26,058 nt of DNA from a virus (lineage: Duplodnaviria; Caudoviricetes), in IMG/VR virus record IMGVR_UViG_3300017937_000004, positions 1 through 26,058 of that record. One strand, given 5' to 3'. Below, one piece after another: positions 7,610 through 16,389 of this stretch. The notes beneath the pieces were generated by a model that saw only the letters and a list, made by a program, of their open reading frames with translations, made no database searches and had not been told where the DNA came from. The translations under genes were made by a program, and so were the position numbers. The stretch's first letter is position 1. Each line of letters starts with the position of its first letter.

Positions 7610-8160
7610 GCAATCTTCATGCAAACGTACCGCTTGTTAATGTCCCATTTGTGGATAAGAACGGGAATGTCACTGAATCGTGGTTTTTGTTTCTGATCCA
7701 ACTTTGGCGGCGCAGCGGCGGCAATGCGCCGATCCCGTCAAATCTGACGATTGCTGATGTATTAGCCTTAGAAGAGACTTTTTCGCCTGTTCAGTCTATT
7801 ATTGGACAAGATGGGCTAGTCGGCGAAACCACGTTTGGTTCGGTTGGTCCGGTTGACGCGTTAGGCGAAATGGCGCTCGCGACTTCTTCGGCCGATAGCT
7901 CGATTGTGGATATGGTCTTCGCTCCGGCGCAATCGGCTGAGATGCTGGACAAGACGTATTCGAGCGGAACTGATTTCACGCCTGGGGCGACAACGGCACT
8001 AACGCTGCCGACGACATTTTCGAACGCACAGCAGTTGTGGGTGTTTTTTGATGGCGTCTTCCAGGGCGACGACCAGTACTCGCTGTCTGGAGCAACACTG
8101 ATGTTCACAAGCGCCATTCCGGTCGGCACGAGCAAAGTTTATGTGAAGGGGCTGAGATAA
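7606..8160 (+). CDS. Tail accessory protein at the gp26 (needle) position
   Basis: ATGA-coupled to gp10; PFVDKNGNVTESWFLFL N-terminus; C-terminal domain paralogous to a tailspike segment. Confidence 0.55.
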   Translation: MSNLHANVPLVNVPFVDKNGNVTESWFLFLIQLWRRSGGNAPIPSNLTIADVLALEETFSPVQSIIGQDGLVGETTFGSVGPVDALGEMALATSSADSSIVDMVFAPAQSAEMLDKTYSSGTDFTPGATTALTLPTTFSNAQQLWVFFDGVFQGDDQYSLSGATLMFTSAIPVGTSKVYVKGLR

Positions 8161-8501
8161 TGCAACGAGTACCCGTTTCGATCGCAGCGACGCAGCTTGG
8201 AACGAGCGCCAGTACACTTTATACGGTCCCTACTGCGACGACGGCGACGATTTCGAATTTTTCTTTCGCGAACACATCGGCTAATCCTGTTCCGATCACT
8301 GTCTATAACGTTCCGAGTGCGGGTACAGCCGGAACGGGGAACGTGATTGTTTCCGGCTACACGTTGTCGCCGGGACAGACATATGTGCCGCCCCAATTGA
8401 TCGGTCTGAATATGGCCGCAGGGGCGACATTGCAAGCATTGGCGGGAACCGCCGCCGTTATCAACGCGCAAGGTGGCGCGTACCAAACCACAGGTTCATA
8501 G
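8160..8501 (+). CDS. Hypothetical virion protein
   Basis: Thr/Ala-rich beta protein, translationally coupled in the tail module. Confidence 0.65.
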   Translation: MQRVPVSIAATQLGTSASTLYTVPTATTATISNFSFANTSANPVPITVYNVPSAGTAGTGNVIVSGYTLSPGQTYVPPQLIGLNMAAGATLQALAGTAAVINAQGGAYQTTGS

Positions 8502-8512
8502 GGAGATACACC

Positions 8513-8854
8513 GTGACGAACTATCTTGGCGTTGCAACCGATGATGCGGTTTTGAATTCGCTTAAAATGAAGGGCGCAGGATCGACTACGATCGCGGCGC
8601 TCTATCACTTGCAGGCGACGCTTTCACCTGCCGCCGTAGCGGCAAATACTACCGCTGAACAGACTTTTACCGTATCAGGATTGGCTGTTGGTGATTATGT
8701 GGATGTGAACAAACCATCTACGCAAGCCGGCCTTGGTATCGCTCAATGCAGAGTTAGCGCAGCAAACACGCTAGCTATTGCATTTTCGAACAATACGGCA
8801 TCGCCCATCACCCCGACCGCGAGCGAGGTGTATCAAATCTTTGGTGCGCGCTGA
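8513..8854 (+). CDS. Hypothetical virion protein
   Basis: SD GGGAG, GTG start; VAANTTAEQTFTVSGL..GD.V.VNKP...GLGI...RVSAANTLAI beta-sandwich pattern. Confidence 0.65.
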   Translation: MTNYLGVATDDAVLNSLKMKGAGSTTIAALYHLQATLSPAAVAANTTAEQTFTVSGLAVGDYVDVNKPSTQAGLGIAQCRVSAANTLAIAFSNNTASPITPTASEVYQIFGAR

Positions 8855-9429
8855 TGCGCAATTTCTTAAAAATTGCCGAGGGCGTCAACGTCACGCCCTT
8901 GCTCAATGCAATCTACCGCAAGCCGGACTTGTGGAAGGCGGATGACTTCTTGCGCAAGTTTCCGCAAGGGCCATTCGGCGAGACGGATACGATCTACCTT
9001 CGGTTTCAGGATCATGTGAAGGTCGATACGGACGAAGAGTTGGAGCTTTACAAGCAAAACAAACTGGCCGGCTATGACCTCCATGAGTGCCCCTGGCGAC
9101 CAGAGATCAACGAATTGCCAGAAGCTCGCGCCTTGATCATGGCGTTGATGACCTCAACAGGCGCAACGCGACTTGGTAGGTGCATGATCAATCGGATTGT
9201 GCCAGGAGGGAAGATTTTCCCGCACGCTGATTCGAAATGGCACGCGGAGTATTGGGATAGGTATCACGTCGTCGTGCAATCGGAGCCTGGAAACGTGTTT
9301 CGGTGCGGCGATGAACAGGTTTGGATGCGCCCGGGTGAGGTTTGGTGGTTTCAGAATTCGATTGAGCATGAGGTTTTGAACAACAGTGCCGAAGATCGAA
9401 TCCATATCGTCGTGGACTTGAGGTTTTGA
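8854..9429 (+). CDS. Aspartyl/asparaginyl beta-hydroxylase-like 2OG-Fe(II) oxygenase
   Basis: PGGKIFPHAD (HxD), RYHVV, GEVWWFQNSIEHEVLNNSAEDRIHIVVD (distal His and 2OG-binding Arg). Confidence 0.88.
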   Translation: MRNFLKIAEGVNVTPLLNAIYRKPDLWKADDFLRKFPQGPFGETDTIYLRFQDHVKVDTDEELELYKQNKLAGYDLHECPWRPEINELPEARALIMALMTSTGATRLGRCMINRIVPGGKIFPHADSKWHAEYWDRYHVVVQSEPGNVFRCGDEQVWMRPGEVWWFQNSIEHEVLNNSAEDRIHIVVDLRF

Positions 9430-9881
9430 TGCTGACCTTTGCCATCGAGCGCTTTTCGGACGTGTACGGTGAGCTTTTGCCGTTGCTCTATGAGCACTAT
9501 GCCGAAATCTCGACACACAAGGATCATGGTGTTGAATTGGAGCCGCAGGTTGGCGTGTATCGAGCGCGTGAGACTGATGGCTCATTGATGATGGTGATTG
9601 GTCGAGAGACAGGACAGATCGCGGCGTACTTCGTGTGCTTCATTGCTCCGGGGCTTCATTACGCATCGTGCCTCACGTGCTCGCCCGACATTTTTTACGT
9701 GCGGCCGGATTTGCGCATGGGACGCACAGGAATTCGCATGTTCAAGTTCGTCGAGGCTGAATTGCGGCGACGGGGTGTGAAGCGATGGGCAGTCGGCAGC
9801 AAGGTCGAGCATGACGCATCGGCGCTCTTTCGTTATCTCGACTTTCAGCCTGTCGAAACGACATACGAGAAGTGGCTATAG
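9429..9881 (+). CDS. GNAT-fold acetyltransferase-like protein
   Basis: DIFYVRPDLRMGRTGIRMFKFVEAELRRRGV (motif A) and ALFRYLDF (motif B); TGATG coupling to the hydroxylase. Confidence 0.8.
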   Translation: MLTFAIERFSDVYGELLPLLYEHYAEISTHKDHGVELEPQVGVYRARETDGSLMMVIGRETGQIAAYFVCFIAPGLHYASCLTCSPDIFYVRPDLRMGRTGIRMFKFVEAELRRRGVKRWAVGSKVEHDASALFRYLDFQPVETTYEKWL

Positions 9882-9890
9882 GGAGAAATC

Positions 9891-10685
9891 ATGGTCGCAG
9901 CAGCTGTAGGAGTAGGATCGGCGGTGGCGGGCATCGCTGGCTCGGCCATGCAATCGTCTGCCGCATCGTCTGCCGCTGATACGCAGGCGCAAGCAGCGAA
10001 TAACGCCTCGCAGTTGCAGTGGCAACAGTTCCAGCAAATGCAGCAGAACTTGCAGCCTTACATGCAACTCGGGCCGCAGAATATCCCTGGATTGCAGTCT
10101 CAGCTTGGCCGCTTGCAAGGCATGCAGTTCTCGTTCAACCCCACCATGCAGCAGCTTGAGAAAACGCCGGGGTATCAGTTCACGCTCAATCAAGGTCTGA
10201 ATACAGTCAACAATCAGCTTGCGGCCAAGGGGCTGAACCTATCAGGTGCGCAGGCTCGGGGAATTGCTGACTATACGACTGGACTCGCCAGCAACACCTA
10301 TCAGCAGCAGTACCAAAATGCATTGCAGAACTTTATGACGAACTATGGGGTTCAAAGCGATGCATACAATCGACTTTCGGGCCTCGTCGGGCTTGGCGAG
10401 AATGCTGCGGCTGGGGTTGGAAACGCCGGCCTTCAAACAGCTACTCAGGCGGGCAACTTCCTGACTTCGGGCGCAAATGCGCTGGCAGCCGGTCAAATTG
10501 GTTCGGCAAATGCCCTAGCTGGCGGCTTGGGTTCCGCTGCTCAGGGCGGATTGCTGTACGGCTTGATGGGGAATCAAATGGGTGGTAGCAGCGGTGGATT
10601 TTACGGAAACCCGTTCAGCACCGGCCTATCGTCGCCTCAGATTCAGGCGCCGGCCGGATTGAGCGCATTCGGATACGGGAGCTAA
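9891..10685 (+). CDS. DNA ejection protein (P22 gp7-like)
   Basis: Ala/Gly hydrophobic N-terminus, QQNLQPYMQLG, TPGYQF.LNQG, GL.LSGA motifs; synteny. Confidence 0.8.
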   Translation: MVAAAVGVGSAVAGIAGSAMQSSAASSAADTQAQAANNASQLQWQQFQQMQQNLQPYMQLGPQNIPGLQSQLGRLQGMQFSFNPTMQQLEKTPGYQFTLNQGLNTVNNQLAAKGLNLSGAQARGIADYTTGLASNTYQQQYQNALQNFMTNYGVQSDAYNRLSGLVGLGENAAAGVGNAGLQTATQAGNFLTSGANALAAGQIGSANALAGGLGSAAQGGLLYGLMGNQMGGSSGGFYGNPFSTGLSSPQIQAPAGLSAFGYGS

Positions 10686-10686
10686 G

Positions 10687-12276
10687 ATGCCGATTGATCC
10701 ATCTATCCCGCTGCAAATCAAGCCCATTCAATCTCCGCTCGAAAGCATTCAGGCTCCCGTTCAGGCGGCTGCCGGGCTGCTTGCGCTCAAACAAAATCAG
10801 CTTCAACTCGGAGCGAATCAGGCCATCTCGCAGGCTTACGCTCAGTCCGTCAATCCTGACGGGACGGTCGATTTCAACAAACTGCAATCGCTTGCCGCGC
10901 AATCTGGTGCTGGGGCTTTCCTGCCGCAGTTCATGGGGCAGCTCGCACAGCAGCGCAACTCGCAGCAGCAGTACGACGTTTCGAAACTCGACATGGCGCT
11001 CAAACAACAGCAGTCGATCCGAGGCATGATCGGCTCGCTTGCTGTTGACCCGGCCATCGGCAAGCAAGACATGTCACAAAAGATCGCATCTCAAATTTCT
11101 GATGCAGTCCAATCCGGCATCCTGCCGCTTGATCAAGGGGTTCGCGAGATTCAATCGATTCCGAGTGATCCATCCGCCCAAGCCGGATGGATTCAGAACC
11201 ATCTTATCAACTCGCTTTCGGGTGAAGCGAAGTTGCAAGCGCTAATGCCTCAAAACGTTCAGGTCAATACGGGCGCCGGAACGGCATTGCTCAATCGCAA
11301 TCCGATGACGGGTCAAACGACGCCTGGAACGTTCGTTCAAAGCACGCTTTCTCCCGCTGAACTCGCAGCCCCGAAAACGATCATCGGCCCGAACGGCGAA
11401 CAACGCCAAGTGACGACCGCTGAATGGCTTCAAATGCAAGGCCAGGGGGGCGCCGCGGGTATTCCGGGCGCGTCTGCTGGTGGCTATACCGGGCGCATGA
11501 CGAGCCCGACTCAACCGGCCGGCGCTCCGGGCGTGCAATCGGGATTGTCTCCGGCCCAGCAGGCCGCATCTACCGCTCAGGGCGCTACGTCCAATACTGC
11601 CGCGCAGACACTCCACGACGCGGCGGCAGACGCTCCTATGCGCCTCAATTTGCTTGAAAACGCACGCGACGCGTTGACCGTAGGTGTTGATGCGAACGGC
11701 AATCCTATCAGCACCGGCCCAGGTTCGGACTGGCGCAACACGGCAAAATCGTTCGTCAACTCACTGGCCCCGGGCGTCGCTCAAAAATTAGGATGGACGG
11801 GCGACGTGCAGAGCTTCGACGAGTTCAAGAAGATTCTGACAAACTACGCCTCTAGCGTTTCTGGATCACTAGGTACCGGAACTGATGCACGATTAAATGC
11901 AGCAGTGACGGGAAACGCCAATCCGAACATTTCGACGTTGGCGAATCAGGACATTCTCACGAAGACGATTGCAGCAGAGAAGATGCGTGCGGCGCAGGAC
12001 TACGCATTCCAAAACTCGGGTTTGACGACGGACAAGTTCAATACGTGGCAGTCACAATGGAACAAAGCTGTCGATCCGCAGACGTTCGTTTTCGCCTCGA
12101 TGACGCCAGATCAACAACAGCAATTCATCAAACGTCAATCTCCGACGCAGCTCGCGCAGTTTAAGCAGAGCCTGGGAAATCTTGTGCGCGCTGGCGTTCT
12201 TCAGATGCCGCAAGCGTCTGCTCCCGCTGCTGCGGCGCCCGCTCAACCGCTTCCGCCTTCCGGGGTCCCGCGATGA
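10687..12276 (+). CDS. DNA ejection protein (P22 gp20 position)
   Basis: MPIDPSIPLQ N-terminus; Gln/Ala-rich, no Cys; second of three ejection genes. Confidence 0.7.
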   Translation: MPIDPSIPLQIKPIQSPLESIQAPVQAAAGLLALKQNQLQLGANQAISQAYAQSVNPDGTVDFNKLQSLAAQSGAGAFLPQFMGQLAQQRNSQQQYDVSKLDMALKQQQSIRGMIGSLAVDPAIGKQDMSQKIASQISDAVQSGILPLDQGVREIQSIPSDPSAQAGWIQNHLINSLSGEAKLQALMPQNVQVNTGAGTALLNRNPMTGQTTPGTFVQSTLSPAELAAPKTIIGPNGEQRQVTTAEWLQMQGQGGAAGIPGASAGGYTGRMTSPTQPAGAPGVQSGLSPAQQAASTAQGATSNTAAQTLHDAAADAPMRLNLLENARDALTVGVDANGNPISTGPGSDWRNTAKSFVNSLAPGVAQKLGWTGDVQSFDEFKKILTNYASSVSGSLGTGTDARLNAAVTGNANPNISTLANQDILTKTIAAEKMRAAQDYAFQNSGLTTDKFNTWQSQWNKAVDPQTFVFASMTPDQQQQFIKRQSPTQLAQFKQSLGNLVRAGVLQMPQASAPAAAAPAQPLPPSGVPR

Positions 12277-14435
12277 GCAAATACGATTCGATCATTCAAT
12301 CGGCGGCGCAAGCTTATAACGTTGATCCCGCTTTGATCCGCGCCGTCATTCAGACGGAATCGAGCGGAAATCCGAATGCCAAGTCGTCGGCCGGAGCGGT
12401 CGGTCTTGGGCAACTCATGCCGGCCACGGCTCAAGCGCTCGGCGTCAAAGACCCGACCGACCCGAATCAGGCTATTCCGGCGATTGCAAATCTGCTCAAC
12501 GAAAATCTCACGCGCTACGGCAACGTGCCGGATGCTTTGCGCGCGTACCATGGCGGAACCGATCCTAAGAATTGGGGACCGTTGACGCAGGCTTATCCGC
12601 AACAAGTGCTTTCGAAGATCGGCGCGCAGCAACCTGCTCAACCGCAGACGTTGCCGGGTATTCCAGTTTCCGCCCCCGCATCTGGCGGTCAAAGCGACGA
12701 TGCGATCTTTTCGGCCTTCTCTGGCGGCCAAGCCGCTCCCGCTCAAGCGCAAGGGCCGCAATCGGACGACGCGATCTTCGCTGCGTTTAGCAAAGGTGCG
12801 GCTCCGGCTCAGACGGCTCAACCTGCTCAAGCTCAAGCACCTCAGGCAGCAGAACAGCCCGGAATGCTTTCTTCGCTCGGCGCTGGGTTAGGCCGCGGGG
12901 TTCAGGAAACCGTTCTCGGTGGGCAGCAGCTTATCGGCCATGCACTACAGTCGGTCGGGTTCAACAATGCCGGCCAATGGCTCGTCAACGACGCGAATAA
13001 AGGATTGCAGACTGGCGCGCAAGAAGTCTCGCCATACCAGCAAGCGCATCCGATCGTAACAGGTGCCGGCCAACTTGGCGGCTCCATTGCTGCTACTGCT
13101 CCGCTCGGAATGCTCGCGCCCGCCGCCAAGACGCTTGGAGGCATGGCGGCTATCGGGGGAGTTACGAGCGCCGCAACAGGCGCATTATCTCCTGTCGATC
13201 CCAATTCCCCTGATTTTTGGTCACAGAAGGGAAAGCAGATTGGTATAGCCGGTCTCGCAGGCGGCATTATGTCTCCCGTGGCTGGTGTCGTCGGGCGCAT
13301 GATTTCCCCCAACACTTCGCCGGAAGTTCAGGCCTTAATGCAAAAGGGCGTGACGCCCACCCCCGGACAGATTCTTGGAGGTGCCGCAGCAACGACAGAA
13401 GAAAAGCTCACGAGCGTTCCAGTGCTCGGCGATCTCATTAAGAACGCTCAACAACGGGCGGTACAGGATTTCAATCGGGCAACGTACAACGACGCTCTTG
13501 CGCCTATCGGACAAACGTTACCGGACAATGTGCCGGTCGGATCGGCTGGCGTGGACTATGTGAAGAACCAGATCGGCAAAGTTTATCAAGCCATCGAGCC
13601 GAAAGCTTCGTTCGTCGCCGATCAAAATTTCTCGAATGATGTCGAGGCTATTCGAAACCAGCTTTCACAAGCCGCTCCGGCCGCGCTCCCTCAGTTCGAC
13701 AACATCGTGAAGAACCAGATCGCGAGCAAGGTTTCTGGTGGCGTTCCTTTCGGAGCAAATGACATTCCTGTAGGCGGCACGATGAACGGCTCTCAGTGGG
13801 GCGATACACGTTCCATGATTGCCAATTTGTCTCGCAAGCAGACCATCGGGAATGCCGATGCCGACAAATGGGCGCTTTCTGATGCTCTAGATGACTTGAA
13901 CAAGTCGGTCAACGATGCCGTTGGGCGCTCCAGTCCGCCAGATGTTCTCGCAGACCTTCAGAAAGCTAACGCAGGATGGGCGAACTACAAGCAGATTGAA
14001 AAGGCGGCTGGATCGGTCGGAGCCTCTAACAAAGGCAATATTTTCTCGCCTGCACAGTTTACTTCTGCGGTCCGGGCTGGCGCAACTTCGGCACAGCGAG
14101 CAACGAATAGCGGATTGAATGCCGACTTAGGCCAAGCGGCGCAATCGGTTTTGGGAAACAAATATCCCGACAGCGGGACCGCCGGACGCGGGCTTTTGGC
14201 ATTGCTGACAAGTGGCGGATTGGGCGCCGGACTAGCGACTGCACCCGGATCGACGCTTGCGGGATTGGCTGGAATCGGAGCGGCCTCGTTGCCTTATACG
14301 AGGCTAGGACAGCGTGCGACGGCTGCGCTGTTGACAGCGCGCCCACAGTTTGCCCAACCGGTAGGGAATGCTGTTACGGGTCTCGGACGCTTGATCGTAC
14401 CCGGGAGCTTGCCTGCGCTCCTTTCTGGCGGCTGA
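12273..14435 (+). CDS. DNA ejection protein (gp16 position) with N-terminal lytic transglycosylase (SLT) domain
   Basis: VDPALIRAVIQTESSGNPNAKSSAGAVGLGQLMPATA...ALRAYHGG SLT motifs; Gly/Ala-rich hydrophobic stretches. Confidence 0.85.
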   Translation: MSKYDSIIQSAAQAYNVDPALIRAVIQTESSGNPNAKSSAGAVGLGQLMPATAQALGVKDPTDPNQAIPAIANLLNENLTRYGNVPDALRAYHGGTDPKNWGPLTQAYPQQVLSKIGAQQPAQPQTLPGIPVSAPASGGQSDDAIFSAFSGGQAAPAQAQGPQSDDAIFAAFSKGAAPAQTAQPAQAQAPQAAEQPGMLSSLGAGLGRGVQETVLGGQQLIGHALQSVGFNNAGQWLVNDANKGLQTGAQEVSPYQQAHPIVTGAGQLGGSIAATAPLGMLAPAAKTLGGMAAIGGVTSAATGALSPVDPNSPDFWSQKGKQIGIAGLAGGIMSPVAGVVGRMISPNTSPEVQALMQKGVTPTPGQILGGAAATTEEKLTSVPVLGDLIKNAQQRAVQDFNRATYNDALAPIGQTLPDNVPVGSAGVDYVKNQIGKVYQAIEPKASFVADQNFSNDVEAIRNQLSQAAPAALPQFDNIVKNQIASKVSGGVPFGANDIPVGGTMNGSQWGDTRSMIANLSRKQTIGNADADKWALSDALDDLNKSVNDAVGRSSPPDVLADLQKANAGWANYKQIEKAAGSVGASNKGNIFSPAQFTSAVRAGATSAQRATNSGLNADLGQAAQSVLGNKYPDSGTAGRGLLALLTSGGLGAGLATAPGSTLAGLAGIGAASLPYTRLGQRATAALLTARPQFAQPVGNAVTGLGRLIVPGSLPALLSGG

Positions 14436-14510
14436 CGCGCATTTCAGGCCATAGACAACCGAAACACCTAACGAAGTACCGACAGCACGAAAAACGTCAT
14501 ATTCAGTCAT
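14304..14510 (-). CDS. Small antisense ORF, possible membrane protein
   Basis: SD GAGGT 5 nt before ATG; hydrophobic N-terminal segment followed by basic residues; 3' part overlaps the gp16-like gene antisense. Confidence 0.4.
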   Translation of the reverse strand: MTEYDVFRAVGTSLGVSVVYGLKCASAARKERRQAPGYDQASETRNSIPYRLGKLWARCQQRSRRTLS

Positions 14511-14526
14511 GGGGAACCTCTAAAAA

Positions 14527-16386
14527 ATGGCCGGCACGATCCTACCTCAAGCAGTCGAAACGTTCGTTGATGCGAACGGCAAGCCCCTGGCCGGTGGTTC
14601 GGTGTATATGTACATCCCGAACACAACCACGTTTAAAAACACGTGGCAAGACCCGGCGCTGACGATCCTGAACACCAATCCGATCATCCTGAACGCAAGC
14701 GGTCAGGCGATCATCTGGGGTACTGGAAGCTACCGCCAACAGGTGTTTGATGTCAATAACAACTTGATATGGGACCAAGTGACCGAGGACACATCATCCG
14801 GCCTTCTTGGCAACATGACCGACGATACGTTCGTTGCCGGAACCGATTTTACGCCTGGAGCCACGACGACGCTGACACTATCGGTTGCCCCGGGTTCGAT
14901 ACAGAACACTTGGATCTATTTCGATGCGGCCTATCAGGCGGATAACTCCATCGCTTCTCTCAATGGAACGACACTGACTTTCAACGCACCAATTCCAATT
15001 GGGACGCAGCTTGTCACGGTCAAAATAGGATCAACGGTAGCCATCGGAACACCCGGAGATGGAACGGTGACAGATGCCACTGTCGCTGCGAATGCGGGCA
15101 TTAAAGGGACGAAGATAAATTTCCAGTCGTCCTTTGCTGGCACCGTTTCCAGGACGGTTCAAAGCAAACTGAATGAGTTTGTCAGCGTTTTGGACTTTGG
15201 CGCAGTTGGTGACGGTGTCAATGACGATACCGCGGCTTTTAATGCTGCCGCTACTGCTTGCTCCGGAAGATCAATATTCGTACCGGACCCGCCTGTAAAC
15301 TATGTAATTTCAAATCTGGTGACGTTGCCGGCAAACACGATCATGTTCGGCGAAGGGAAGTTCACCACGAAAATTTTCAAAAAGGGCAACAACGACATGT
15401 TCAGCCTTGGTGACGGGGCTGGATTACGTGAAGTTTGGATCGATGGCCAGGGCGCAACCAATACCGGCGGTCAAGGTATTGTGCTCAATTCGACAGATGG
15501 ACATCAGTCCCTAGTGGATTGTCGCGTTATCAACTTCCCTGACTTGTGCGTCAATTTCCCGAACACTCAGGTGGGTTCGCAGTTCATCGCTTTGAACTGT
15601 GAATTCAATCAGTACGGGGCGACCTCGGGCAGCAATAGATTTGCAATCGGCATGCATGACGCCGCCCAGCTTTCTGCGGTCCCTAGAACGTTCATCGGCT
15701 GCGAATTCGAAGGAACGCCCTCGTTCAATTTCGGCGGCTGCAATGACGTATTCGTTTCCGGGTGCTTTACAGGCGATCTGAACTACACCCTAAATTCTCG
15801 CGGTGTGCAGATTGCGAACAGCCGCATTGCCAATCAGACGGCACTTTCTATCTACGGTCACAATCATACGATCGTCGGCTGCGATGTCAATCCGCAGATC
15901 ACATTGACGCCTGGCGTCGATAACTGCCACATCGGGCCGAACAGCTTGAACAATGCGCCCATCATCGATAACAGCGGCAATGGTCGAAACCAGCTATTTG
16001 ACTGGAACACGAACTACACACCGACCCTGTCCAGCGCAGGCACACAGCCAGCAATCGGCAATGGCACCATCGCCGGTCGTTGGCTCAGAACCGGGAGCCT
16101 GATCAAGGTATCGATCCAATTCGCCCCTGGATCGACGACTACATTCGGAACGGGTGAACTCCAATTTTCCCTTCCTACGCCGAACACCAGCGATGTAAGC
16201 CAACTCGGCACTTGGACGATAAACCACGGCGGGACGATATACACAGGGGTTGGGGTGGTTTCGGCCAATGCTCAAGTGATTGGCCTATTGCGCGATACCT
16301 CTGGCGCCGTGACCGGTACATCGCCGGCAATTTGGGCTGCCGGGGATTTATTCAATATCGACGTTTCATATTCGGCGGGAGTCTAA
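14527..16386 (+). CDS. Tailspike with head-binding domain and pectate-lyase-like beta-helix (putative depolymerase)
   Basis: FVDANGKPLAGG.VY.Y...T...NTNPIILNASG head-binding pattern; RTVQSKL.EFVSVLDFGAVGDGVNDDTAAF beta-helix start; Asn/Gly ladder. Confidence 0.88.
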   Translation: MAGTILPQAVETFVDANGKPLAGGSVYMYIPNTTTFKNTWQDPALTILNTNPIILNASGQAIIWGTGSYRQQVFDVNNNLIWDQVTEDTSSGLLGNMTDDTFVAGTDFTPGATTTLTLSVAPGSIQNTWIYFDAAYQADNSIASLNGTTLTFNAPIPIGTQLVTVKIGSTVAIGTPGDGTVTDATVAANAGIKGTKINFQSSFAGTVSRTVQSKLNEFVSVLDFGAVGDGVNDDTAAFNAAATACSGRSIFVPDPPVNYVISNLVTLPANTIMFGEGKFTTKIFKKGNNDMFSLGDGAGLREVWIDGQGATNTGGQGIVLNSTDGHQSLVDCRVINFPDLCVNFPNTQVGSQFIALNCEFNQYGATSGSNRFAIGMHDAAQLSAVPRTFIGCEFEGTPSFNFGGCNDVFVSGCFTGDLNYTLNSRGVQIANSRIANQTALSIYGHNHTIVGCDVNPQITLTPGVDNCHIGPNSLNNAPIIDNSGNGRNQLFDWNTNYTPTLSSAGTQPAIGNGTIAGRWLRTGSLIKVSIQFAPGSTTTFGTGELQFSLPTPNTSDVSQLGTWTINHGGTIYTGVGVVSANAQVIGLLRDTSGAVTGTSPAIWAAGDLFNIDVSYSAGV

Positions 16387-16389
16387 AAA

